Below are positions 1 through 8,807 of a DNA stretch of 64,000 nt, piece by piece. The position numbers and the translations under genes are program-made. This DNA is from an uncultured delta proteobacterium. Lineage in GTDB: Bacteria; Myxococcota; Myxococcia; Myxococcales; Myxococcaceae. The stretch covers positions 1,504,001-1,568,000 of the forward strand of contig CAWCKH010000004.1 in assembly GCA_963796055.1 (NCBI GenBank), written 5' to 3'. The first letter of the stretch is position 1, and the number at the start of each line of letters is the position of its first letter. Under the pieces are notes generated by a model that was not told the DNA's origin, ran no database searches, and was given only the letters and a program-made list of their open reading frames with translations.

Positions 1-1421
1 TCCGCACGCTCCAGCTGCTCGGGGACGACGCGGCCACCGCGAGCTCCACCGCGGCGGTGGTCATGGACATCGAGATCGCGTTCGCCACGGCGAGCCTCAC
101 CCGGGTGGAACGCCGCGACCCGTACAAGGTCTTCCACAGGATGCGGAGAGCGGAGCTCGGCCGGCTGGCGCCGGACTTCGACTGGAAGACCTACCTCCAG
201 GGGATGGGCGTCCCCGGCACGCAGGTGCTGAACGTGAGCCAGCCGAGGTTCGTCCAGGCGATGAACGCCGAGCTGAACAGGCGGCCGCTCGCGGACTGGA
301 AGCGCTACCTGCGCTGGCACCTGGCGAACACCCAGGCGTCGTACCTCTCGCGGGCGTTCGTGGACGAGGACTTCACCTTCAACCGCAAGATCTTGCTCGG
401 GACCGAGCAGCTCGCCCCGCGCTGGAAGCGGTGCGTGCGCTGGGTGGATCGGGATCTGGGCGAGGCGCTGGGACAGGTGTTCGTGCAGAAGAACTTCTCG
501 CCCGAGCTCAAGCAGAAGACGCTGGAGATGGTGCATCGCATCGAGCGGGAGATGGAAGCCGACCTCAAGACGCTCGAGTGGATGTCGGCGCCCACCCGCG
601 AGCGCGCACTGGAGAAGATGAGGGCGATGGCGAACAAGATCGGCTACCCCGACCGGTGGCGCGACTACACCTCGATCCAGCTTGCCCGTGACGATTTCCA
701 GGGGAACGTCGCCCGGTCGGTGCGGTTCGAGAGCGCGCGACAGCTCGGCCGCATCGGCAAGCCCGTGGACCGCGGCGAGTGGGAGATCACGCCGCAGACG
801 GTGAACGCGTACTACAGCCCGACGATGAACGACATGAACTTCCCGGCCGCGGTGCTCCTGCCGCCGCTCTATGATCCGAAGATGGACGCCGCGCCGGGCT
901 ACGGGAACACCGGCGGCACCATCGGCCACGAGCTCACCCACGGGTTCGACGACGAGGGCCGGCAGTACGATGCGAAGGGCAACCTGGAGGACTGGTGGAC
1001 TGAGCAGGACGCGGCCGAGTTCAAGCGGCGGGCCTCCTGCATCTCGGACCAGTACTCGGGCTACATCGCGGTGGACGACCTCCACGTGAACGGGAAGCTG
1101 ACGCTCGGGGAGGACGTGGCCGATCTCGGCGGGCTCATCCTCGCCCATCGCGCCTGGAAGGACGCCACCGCCACCCAGCGCCTGGTGCCCATCGATGGGC
1201 TCACCCCGGAGCAGCGATTCTTCGTGGGCTACGCGCAATGGGCCTGCGCCAACGTTCGTCCGCAGACCATGCGACTCCTCGCGAGAACCAACCCGCACTC
1301 GCCTCCGAGATACCGGGTGAACGGGCTGGTGGTGAACATGCCGGAGTTCGGGCACGCCTTCTCGTGCAAGCCGGGCGCGCCGATGACCAAGCCGGCGGAG
1401 AAGGTCTGCAAGGTGTGGTGA
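1..1421 (+). CDS. M13 family zinc metallopeptidase (PepO/neprilysin-like), copy 1, 5'-truncated by the window edge
   Basis: VNAYY, GHELTHGFDD (HExxH), GEDVAD and HSP motifs; the frame stays open upstream of position 57 to the window start. Confidence 0.95.
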   Translation, partial: RTLQLLGDDAATASSTAAVVMDIEIAFATASLTRVERRDPYKVFHRMRRAELGRLAPDFDWKTYLQGMGVPGTQVLNVSQPRFVQAMNAELNRRPLADWKRYLRWHLANTQASYLSRAFVDEDFTFNRKILLGTEQLAPRWKRCVRWVDRDLGEALGQVFVQKNFSPELKQKTLEMVHRIEREMEADLKTLEWMSAPTRERALEKMRAMANKIGYPDRWRDYTSIQLARDDFQGNVARSVRFESARQLGRIGKPVDRGEWEITPQTVNAYYSPTMNDMNFPAAVLLPPLYDPKMDAAPGYGNTGGTIGHELTHGFDDEGRQYDAKGNLEDWWTEQDAAEFKRRASCISDQYSGYIAVDDLHVNGKLTLGEDVADLGGLILAHRAWKDATATQRLVPIDGLTPEQRFFVGYAQWACANVRPQTMRLLARTNPHSPPRYRVNGLVVNMPEFGHAFSCKPGAPMTKPAEKVCKVW

Positions 1422-1480
1422 GCCGGGTAGGACCAAGGGAGCATGACCGGCGGGGAAGGGCACCGGCTAGGGTCTCCGGC

Positions 1481-3544
1481 ATGCCCCAGTGTCTCCTGCT
1501 CTCCGCACTGCTCGGCGCCACCGTGCTCGCCGCGCCCGCTGCCGAGCCCGCGCCCGCCGAGGGTCCCCTGGCGACGCTGCCTTACACGCCCGGCCTCGAC
1601 CCCTCGTCGATGGACCGGAGCGTGGACCCGTGCGTGGACTTCTACGCCTTCTCCTGTGGCGGCTGGCTGGCGAGGAACACCATCCCGCCGGACCAGGGGG
1701 CGTGGAGCGTGTACGGCAAGCTGGAGGCGGACATCGAGCGGCACCTCTGGGGCCTGCTCCTGACCGCGGCCAGCCCCTCCGCGGCGCGGAGCGCGGTGCA
1801 GGTGCAGATCGGTGACGACTTCGCCGCCTGCATGGACGAGGCGCGCATCGAGGCGCTGGGGAGCAAGCCGCTCCAGCCCGCGCTCGAGGCGCTCGCCCGG
1901 GTGAAGGACCGCAGAGGCCTCGCGGAGTGGGTCGCCCGACAGCACCTCGCCACCCGGACCGGACGGCTGCTCTTCGGCTTCGACGCCGAGCAGGACGCCT
2001 CCGACGCCACCCAGTACATCGCCGCGGTGTACGCGGGCGGCATCGGCCTTCCCGATCGTGACGATTACCTGGACCAGGACGCCAAGGCCCGGGAGCAGCG
2101 CAGCAAGTACCAGGAGCACGTGGTGCAGACGCTGCAGCTCCTGGGCGACGACACGGCCACCGCGAAGGCCACTGCCAGGGTGGTGATGGACATCGAGACC
2201 GCGCTGGCCAGGGCCACGCTCACCCGTGTCGAGCAGCGCGATCCGTACAAGATCTACCACCGAGTCCCGCTGGAGAAGCTGACCCGGATGGCTCCCACCT
2301 TCGACTGGAAGGCCTACCTGGCCACCGCGGGCGTTCCGGGGACCCAGGTTCTCAACGTGAGCCAGCCCGGCTTCTTCCAGGCGCTCGACCGCGAGCTGAA
2401 GCGCCGTCCGCTCACGGACTGGAAGCGGTACCTGCGCTGGCACCTGGTGAACGTGAGCGCCCGCTACCTCTCGCGCGCCTTCGTGGACGAGGACTTCGCC
2501 TTCCACGGCAAGTACCTGTCCGGCACCGAGCAGATGGCGCCCCGCTGGAAGCGGTGCGTGCGCTGGGTGGACCGCGATCTGGGCGAGGCGCTGGGCCAGG
2601 TCTTCGTGCAGAAGAACTTCTCCTCCGAGCTCAAGCAGCAGACGCTGACCATGGTCCTGGCCATCGAGCACGCGATGGAGGAGGACCTGAGGACCCTGGA
2701 GTGGATGTCCCCCTCCACCCGCGCCCGGGCGCTGGAGAAGCTCGCGGCGATGGCGAACAAGATCGGCTACCCGGACCGGTGGCGCGACTACTCCTCGATC
2801 CAGCTTGCCCGGGACGACTTCTTCGGCAACGTCACCCGCGCGGTGCAGTTCGAGAGCGCCCGGCTCCTGGGCCACATCGGCAAGCCGGTGGACCGCGGCG
2901 AGTGGGAGATGACGCCGCAGACGGTGAACGCCTACTACAGCCCCTCGATGAACGACATGAACTTCCCGGCCGGGGTGCTCCAGCCCCCGCTCTACGACCC
3001 GAAGATGGACGCCGCGCCAGGCTACGGGAACACCGGCGGCACCATCGGCCACGAGCTCACCCACGGGTTCGACGACGAGGGCCGCCAGTACGACGCCCGG
3101 GGCAATCTCCGAGATTGGTGGACCAAGCAGGACGCCGCCGAGTTCGACCGGCGGACCGCCTGCGTGTCGGACCAGTACTCGAGCTACATCGCGGTGGACG
3201 ACATCCACGTGAACGGCAAGCTCACGCTCGGCGAGGACGTGGCGGACCTGGGCGGTCTGGTGCTCGCCTACCGCGCCTGGAGGGCGTCCACCGCGAACCA
3301 GCGCCTGATGCCCATCGACGGGCTCACCCCCGAGCAGCGCTTCTTCGTCGGCTACGCCCAGTGGGCCTGCGCCAACGTGCGGCCGCAGATCCTCCGGCTG
3401 CGGGCGCGGACCGATCCGCATTCCCCTTCGAAGTACCGGGTGAACGGGCTGGTGGTGAACATGCCCGAGTTCGGCCAGGCCTTCGCGTGCAAGGCGGGCG
3501 CGCCGATGACCAAGCCGAAGGAGAAGGTCTGCAAGGTCTGGTGA
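1481..3544 (+). CDS. M13 family zinc metallopeptidase, copy 2, secreted
   Basis: Signal peptide MPQCLLLSALLGATVLA from ATG 1481; DPCVDFYAFSCGGW N-terminal M13 motif; HELTH; tandem paralog of copy 1. Confidence 0.95.
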   Translation: MPQCLLLSALLGATVLAAPAAEPAPAEGPLATLPYTPGLDPSSMDRSVDPCVDFYAFSCGGWLARNTIPPDQGAWSVYGKLEADIERHLWGLLLTAASPSAARSAVQVQIGDDFAACMDEARIEALGSKPLQPALEALARVKDRRGLAEWVARQHLATRTGRLLFGFDAEQDASDATQYIAAVYAGGIGLPDRDDYLDQDAKAREQRSKYQEHVVQTLQLLGDDTATAKATARVVMDIETALARATLTRVEQRDPYKIYHRVPLEKLTRMAPTFDWKAYLATAGVPGTQVLNVSQPGFFQALDRELKRRPLTDWKRYLRWHLVNVSARYLSRAFVDEDFAFHGKYLSGTEQMAPRWKRCVRWVDRDLGEALGQVFVQKNFSSELKQQTLTMVLAIEHAMEEDLRTLEWMSPSTRARALEKLAAMANKIGYPDRWRDYSSIQLARDDFFGNVTRAVQFESARLLGHIGKPVDRGEWEMTPQTVNAYYSPSMNDMNFPAGVLQPPLYDPKMDAAPGYGNTGGTIGHELTHGFDDEGRQYDARGNLRDWWTKQDAAEFDRRTACVSDQYSSYIAVDDIHVNGKLTLGEDVADLGGLVLAYRAWRASTANQRLMPIDGLTPEQRFFVGYAQWACANVRPQILRLRARTDPHSPSKYRVNGLVVNMPEFGQAFACKAGAPMTKPKEKVCKVW

Positions 3545-3551
3545 GCCGTGC

Positions 3552-4079
3552 TCAGGCGTCCCCCGGGATGTAGTAGCGCTCGATGTACTCGCTCTCGAAG
3601 GGCTGCCCGTCGAGCTTGGCCGGCGAGAAGCGGCCCCGGAGCAGGTGCTCGGTGTAGGTGGCGTTGTACCCGCCGTTCTTGATTCCGCGGCACTTGATGG
3701 CTTCGCCCTCCACCGTGACCGTGCAGGCCACCTCGCCGTAGGAGGCCGAGGCCTTCGGGAGCCCGTGGCCGATGTCGTCCGGCAACGGGCTGAGCCGCTT
3801 CGGCGCGGTGTACCGCTTGTCGAGCGTGTCGCAGGCGCGCGCATCACCCTGCTCGCACGCAGCACCGAGGAGCCGCGCCGCCTTGTCCGGCTGCTTGTCC
3901 TGGGACGCCGGGTCGATCAGCGCCAGCGCCTGGTCCGTGCACCGCTTCGCGCGCTCCCCGGTGCACAGCTGCACGGTGTCGGTGTCGGGAGGCGGGTACC
4001 AGTGCTTCAGCGAGACCGGGTTGAAGCCGTGGGCACAGCCGAGGGCGGCAAGGAGCAGCAGACAGGAGCGGAGGCGCAT
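3552..4079 (-). CDS. Putative lipoprotein with a Sel1-like Cys helix pair and a TonB-C-terminal-like segment
   Basis: Lipobox LAALGC after ATG 4079; AARLLGAACEQGDARAC; C-terminal VACTVTVEG...RFSPAKLDGQPFESEY resembles TonB_C. Confidence 0.6.
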   Translation of the reverse strand: MRLRSCLLLLAALGCAHGFNPVSLKHWYPPPDTDTVQLCTGERAKRCTDQALALIDPASQDKQPDKAARLLGAACEQGDARACDTLDKRYTAPKRLSPLPDDIGHGLPKASASYGEVACTVTVEGEAIKCRGIKNGGYNATYTEHLLRGRFSPAKLDGQPFESEYIERYYIPGDA

Positions 4080-4184
4080 CGTCCGGCCAGCGTCGGCGAC
4101 GCGCCGACCTCGGTCAACGTCAAATCCTTCACCGGGAGTCGCAGACGCTTGCGCGGCGAGCGGCCGCTGTGTCACACAGCCGCT

Positions 4185-4418
4185 TGCCCCCGGGTGCCCA
4201 TGTCGGGCCCAACAGGGAAGCCGGTGAGAGTCCGGCGCGGTCCCGCCACTGTGAACGGAGCGGCCCGAGGAACCGGGCCGGTTCGACATCCTCCGTCGGT
4301 CGCCACTGCGGACGGCACGTTCCGCGGGAAGGTGGGAGGACGAACGCGGACGTGAAGGTGCCATCGGGGCGCCGCCCACGTTTCCGGATCCGTGAGCCAG
4401 GAGACCTGCCCGAGGGTG
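4185..4418 (+). ncRNA. Cobalamin (B12) riboswitch
   Basis: Hallmarks AACAGGGAAGCCGGTGAGAGTCCGGCGCGGTCCCGCCACTGTGA, a second GCCACTG...GGGAAGG, and the B12 box AGCCAGGAGACCTGCC, directly upstream of a TonB-dependent receptor. Confidence 0.95.
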
Positions 4419-4448
4419 CGGCGCCGGAGGCCCCGGCGACGGCGGAAG

Positions 4449-4481
4449 GCCTTTCTCTCTTCGGCGAAGAGAGTGGAAGGC
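4449..4481 (+). promoter_or_regulatory. RBS-sequestering hairpin (riboswitch expression platform)
   Basis: GCCTT-t-CTCTCTTC-ggc-GAAGAGAG-tgg-AAGGC; the 3' arm covers the purine-rich RBS region 5 nt before ATG 4487. Confidence 0.7.
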
Positions 4482-4486
4482 GGTCG

Positions 4487-6406
4487 ATGGGCGGATGGCG
4501 ATGGGCCCGGGCGTGTCTCGGGCCGGCATTGAGTGTGGCGTCCATCGCCTGGGGCCAGTCCCCCGCGGCGGTGGAGCTGCCGCCCGTGGACGTGCCCGTC
4601 CCGGCCGCCCCTCCTCCTCCCGAGTCGCCGCTGGTCCGTGACCCCACCGGGCTGACCACGGTGGTGGACGTCGGCTCGCGCCGGGCCGAGGTCTCCACGG
4701 TGGGGGTGCTGGTCGGTGAGGCGCCGGGAGTGGTGCTGCAGCAGAGCGGGGGCCTGGGCCAGAGCGAGCAGCTCACCCTGCGCGGGGCGTCGAGCACCGG
4801 AGTGCTGGTGCTGCTCGACGGCGTGCCGCTGAACGGGCTGGGGGGCATCGCCGACCTGAGCCTCGTCCCGCTCGCGGCGGTCCATCAGGCGGAGGTGCTC
4901 CGGGGCGGCGCGGGGGCGCGCTACGGCGCGGGGGCGCTGGGCGGGGTGGTGAACCTCGTCACCCGGAGCGCGGCCGAGCCCGTGGTCTCCGGCGACCTCG
5001 GAGTGGGCAGCTTCGGCACCTACCAGGGAGGCGCGAGCGCCTCGGGACCCGTGCTCGGCGGCTCGGGATTGCTCGAGCTGCACGCCGGCCACACCGACGG
5101 CGACTTCACCTACGTCTACGACCCGCTCGCCGGCACGCCGGCCAGCAAGCCCCAGACCTTGGTCCGCCAGAACAACCAGGCGACCTGGGCGGGCGGGCTC
5201 GCCAAGGGCGGCGGGCGGCTGGGGTCCTGGCTGCTCGACGGGCTCTTCCTGGTCAGCGCACTGTCGCGGGGCCTCGCCGGCACGGTGGACAACCCATCGC
5301 CGGACGCGCACCAGGATTTCCTCGGGCTGCAGGCCGGGCTTCGCCTGTCGCGCGCCTTCGCCTCGGGCGCGGACACCTCGTTCCGGATCGACGCCCGCCG
5401 CGAGACCAATACCTTTCGAGGCGGCTTCTTCTCGCAGGACACACAGTGGTGGCAGGCCTCGCTGAGCTGGGATGGGACGCTGCCACTCGGGGACCACTGG
5501 CTCTCGGCCTCCGCGTCGCTGGGGCTGTCCTTCGCCGATGCCGGGACGCGCGCGCCACGGTGGGCGGTCACCTCGGTCTCGCTCCAGGACGAGTGGCGCC
5601 TGGCCCGGGGCCGGCTCTCGGTCGTGCCCTCGGTTCGCCTCGACCAGGCGGGCGGCTTCGTGGGGGTCTCCCCCAAGCTCGGCGTGTCCTGGGCGCTTCC
5701 CGCCGGCGTCACGGTGCAGGCCAACGTGGGCCAGTCCTTCCGGGTTCCCTCGTTCCTCGAGCTCTTCATCCCCAGCGGGACGACGCTCGCCAACCCGGAC
5801 CTCCAGCCCGAGCGCGGCGCATTCGTGGACGCGGCGGTGGGCGTGTCCGGTTCCGCGGGAATGGCCCGGGTGGCCGGATTTGCCGCCCAGTACGAAGACC
5901 TCATCGTCTACGAGTACCAGCCGCCGCTCGCCGCCCGGCCGCACAACGTCGGGGCCGTGCGGGCAGCCGGGCTGGAGGCGGAGGGCCGGCTGGTTCCGGC
6001 CTCGTGGATGGAGCTGAGCGGAAGCTACGGCCTGCTCTTCACCGAGAACATCCGGGACGTCGCCCCCTACTTCGGCCAGGAGGTCCCCTACCGCCCGCGG
6101 CACCGGGGGACGTTCCGGGTGACGATGGGTCCCGAGCGGGTCCGGGTGCATGCCACGCTGCGCGCCCAGTCCCGGATGACGGTCAACCGCTCGGCCACCC
6201 TCGCCCTCGACGGGCGGGTGATGGTGGACGCCGGGGTGGAGGTCCTGGTCTCGCGCCGACCCGAGCTCCTGCTGTCCCTCGCCTCCACCAACCTCGGTGA
6301 CGTCCAGGCCAGAGACCTCGACGCCTACCCGCTGCCTGGCCGGGCCTTCCTCGCCACCCTGACCCTGCGCCTCGACCTGGGGCGCGCTCCTGAGAGGTTT
6401 CCATGA
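4487..6406 (+). CDS. btuB: TonB-dependent outer-membrane receptor, BtuB-like (cobalamin)
   Basis: Plug motifs LRGASSTGVLVLLDGVPLN and EVLRGGAGARYGAGALGGVVNLVT; NPDLQPE; C-terminal YPLPGRAFLATL; downstream of a B12 riboswitch. Confidence 0.85.
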   Translation: MGGWRWARACLGPALSVASIAWGQSPAAVELPPVDVPVPAAPPPPESPLVRDPTGLTTVVDVGSRRAEVSTVGVLVGEAPGVVLQQSGGLGQSEQLTLRGASSTGVLVLLDGVPLNGLGGIADLSLVPLAAVHQAEVLRGGAGARYGAGALGGVVNLVTRSAAEPVVSGDLGVGSFGTYQGGASASGPVLGGSGLLELHAGHTDGDFTYVYDPLAGTPASKPQTLVRQNNQATWAGGLAKGGGRLGSWLLDGLFLVSALSRGLAGTVDNPSPDAHQDFLGLQAGLRLSRAFASGADTSFRIDARRETNTFRGGFFSQDTQWWQASLSWDGTLPLGDHWLSASASLGLSFADAGTRAPRWAVTSVSLQDEWRLARGRLSVVPSVRLDQAGGFVGVSPKLGVSWALPAGVTVQANVGQSFRVPSFLELFIPSGTTLANPDLQPERGAFVDAAVGVSGSAGMARVAGFAAQYEDLIVYEYQPPLAARPHNVGAVRAAGLEAEGRLVPASWMELSGSYGLLFTENIRDVAPYFGQEVPYRPRHRGTFRVTMGPERVRVHATLRAQSRMTVNRSATLALDGRVMVDAGVEVLVSRRPELLLSLASTNLGDVQARDLDAYPLPGRAFLATLTLRLDLGRAPERFP

Positions 6407-7974
6407 GGTCGTCTCCCCGAGTGGTCCTCGCCGCTCTCCTCCTCACCGCCTCCGCGTTGCTGCCCGGATGCCTCTCCTCGAGCGAGCTGGAGTGCGCCGC
6501 CGGAACCGTGCGCTGCGGTGACACCTGCGTCTCCACGCAGACCGACAGCAACAACTGCGGCTCGTGCGGCTCGGCCTGCAGCGGCGGGAACGTCTGCGTG
6601 GCCGGAGCGTGCGTCTGCGGCACCGGGCAGACGGTGTGCAACGGCATCTGCACCACCACTGCGACCGACCCGCGGAACTGCGGCGCCTGCGGCCGCTCCT
6701 GCGGGTCGCTCGAGATCTGCGACCAGGGCGTGTGCTTCGACTGCAACAGCCAGCCGGGCATGTGCCAGCGGGCCTCCATCGTCGCCGGGTGCATCGACGG
6801 GGCGAGTGGCGGGCTCCGCCAGGTGCAGGACGCCCGGGCCACCGGTCTCACCATCGGGGCGATGATCGACCCGCCCTCCGCCTCGTTCCCCGACGCGCTG
6901 GGGGTGCTGGGCGGGGCGCTGCTCTACGCCGACCACGACAGCTCCAGCCTCTTCGAGATCCCCATCGCCGACCTGAGCGTGGCGAGCGCCGAGCGATTGC
7001 CCCTGGTGGGGGGAAGCACCGGCAGCAAGGCCGGGACGACGCAGCTGTACGTCGAGACCCCTGACGGCGGCACCGGACCGTCGCGCATCTACGCCATGAC
7101 CAGCTCGGTCAACGCGCTGCGGATCTTCGACGGGCCTCCGGCGGTCGACGCCGAGCAGCTCCTGGATGGCGGCGTCGGCCAGCTCGGCCTCACCGCGGCC
7201 GGCGGGGCGGCGTTCGATCCCGGGAGCTTCCCCGAGCCGTTCGCCAAGGTGGGCGACGAGGTGTTCGTCCCGCTCAATGCGACCGGCAAGGTGCTCCGGG
7301 TCGACATCAGCAACCCGGCGAGCGCGCAGGTGAAGGAGACCTTCGACCTGCAGCCGCTGATCGCCGCGCTCCCCGGCGGCGGGACCATCGCCGACGGCGG
7401 GGTGTTCTCGCCTTCGCCTACCCAGGCCATCGCTCGCAACGGGAAGGTCTACGTCTCGATGAACGTGCTCCGCTACCACGCCGATTTCAGCGGAGCGGAC
7501 TACGGGCCGCCCCTGGTGGCGCGGATCGACCCGACCCAGAGCGGCTCCGCGGCCGTCTCGGCGATCGCCCTGGACGGCAGCGAATGCCAGAACGTGAACT
7601 GGCTGGCCTCGGTGCCCCAGGGAAGCGCGTCCTCGCCGCTGCTCGTCTCCTGCGCCGGGGCCCGGACCTACGACTCGAATTCCTTCGTGACCGCGGTCGC
7701 ACACACCACCCTGGTGCTGCTCGACGCCAGCGACCAGCGGGTGACTGCCTGGGTCCCGAGCACCGGGGCCGGGCAACCCCCTCCCAGCGTGGGCCGGGCA
7801 GTGCCGGTGAACGCCAGCGTGTACGTGGCCGATGAGACGGACAGTCGGCTGTACGTGCTCGACCTGGGGACCAATGCCCTGGTGGAGCGGGTGGGCAACA
7901 CGCCCGACGGCGGCACCCCGCCCAAGCTCTGCCCGAGCTACATCACCGACCTCGCGGTGGTGCCCCTGCCGTGA
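6403..7974 (+). CDS. Cysteine-rich lipoprotein (MXAN_6577/Stig1-like Cys repeats) with a probable beta-propeller C-terminal domain
   Basis: Lipobox LLPGC; two repeats CGDTCVSTQTDSNNCGSCGSAC and CNGICTTTATDPRNCGACGRSC; beta-strand-rich remainder; ATGA overlap with the receptor gene. Confidence 0.8.
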   Translation: MRSSPRVVLAALLLTASALLPGCLSSSELECAAGTVRCGDTCVSTQTDSNNCGSCGSACSGGNVCVAGACVCGTGQTVCNGICTTTATDPRNCGACGRSCGSLEICDQGVCFDCNSQPGMCQRASIVAGCIDGASGGLRQVQDARATGLTIGAMIDPPSASFPDALGVLGGALLYADHDSSSLFEIPIADLSVASAERLPLVGGSTGSKAGTTQLYVETPDGGTGPSRIYAMTSSVNALRIFDGPPAVDAEQLLDGGVGQLGLTAAGGAAFDPGSFPEPFAKVGDEVFVPLNATGKVLRVDISNPASAQVKETFDLQPLIAALPGGGTIADGGVFSPSPTQAIARNGKVYVSMNVLRYHADFSGADYGPPLVARIDPTQSGSAAVSAIALDGSECQNVNWLASVPQGSASSPLLVSCAGARTYDSNSFVTAVAHTTLVLLDASDQRVTAWVPSTGAGQPPPSVGRAVPVNASVYVADETDSRLYVLDLGTNALVERVGNTPDGGTPPKLCPSYITDLAVVPLP

Positions 7975-8807
7975 AGCCGGTCGCCCTCCTCGCGCTGCTG
8001 CTGCTTGGCGCCGGTGCGGACCCCGGTCCGCTGCGGATGCTGGGGCCTGCGCCGCGGGGAGAGGTGCGCCGGGTGGTGACGCTCGCCCCATCGCTGACCG
8101 ACGTGGTCCTCGCGCTCGGCGCCGGGGACCGGCTGGTGGGGGTGTCCCGGTTCGACGAGCGGCCCGAGGTGGCCCGCCTGCCGCGGGTGGGGGGATTCGT
8201 CGACCCCAGCGTGGAGGCGGTGATGGCCCTGCACCCGGATCTGGTGCTGTCCCAGCCGGGCCCCGGGAACCGGCGGGCGGTGGAGACGATGGCCGAGCTC
8301 GGCGCGCCGGTGCTCCTGTTGCCATTGGGGACGGTGGCGGACGTGCTCGCCGCCGAACGCGCCATTGGCAAGGCGCTCGGCCGGGCCGAGCAGGGCGAGG
8401 CGCTGGCGCGCGGGCTCGAGGCAACACGCGCCCGCATCCGGGAGCGGGCCGCTGCCGAGCGGCCGGTGCGGGTGCTGCTGGTCTACGGCTTCGAGCCGCT
8501 GGTGGTGGCCGGCCCGGGCGGCTTTGCCGACGAGCTGCTGTCCGACGCCGGAGCGGTGAACGTCGCCGGCGACGCCGTCAGTCCCTACCCGGTGTACTCG
8601 GTGGAGCGCGCCCTTCAGCGCCGCCCCGAGCTCATCCTCGACGCCGCCGACACACCGGCGGGCCGCGACCGGTTGCGGACGCTCCCCGGTCTGGCCGAGG
8701 CCCGGTGGGCCGAGGTGCCCGGGCGGGCGCTCCTCCACCCCGGCCCGGCGCTCGGGCGGGGGCTGGAGCAGCTCTTCTCGCTGGTGCACCCCGGAGCCGG
8801 GCGATGA
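7971..8807 (+). CDS. btuF: Periplasmic binding protein, BtuF-like (helical-backbone metal receptor)
   Basis: RVVTLAPSLTDVVLALGAGDRLVGVSRFD; VGGFVDPSVEAVMALHPDLV; operon context. Confidence 0.85.
   Translation: MKPVALLALLLLGAGADPGPLRMLGPAPRGEVRRVVTLAPSLTDVVLALGAGDRLVGVSRFDERPEVARLPRVGGFVDPSVEAVMALHPDLVLSQPGPGNRRAVETMAELGAPVLLLPLGTVADVLAAERAIGKALGRAEQGEALARGLEATRARIRERAAAERPVRVLLVYGFEPLVVAGPGGFADELLSDAGAVNVAGDAVSPYPVYSVERALQRRPELILDAADTPAGRDRLRTLPGLAEARWAEVPGRALLHPGPALGRGLEQLFSLVHPGAGR

Noticed and set aside
1229..3865. 878-aa minus-strand ORF and the many similar long antisense or alternate-frame ORFs across the window
   Set aside because: Shadow ORFs expected at this GC content; Arg/Pro/Gly-rich, no family motifs, overlapping well-supported genes
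4169..4486. N-terminal extension of the TonB-dependent receptor in the ORF track
   Set aside because: The region is the cobalamin riboswitch; the signal peptide begins at ATG 4487
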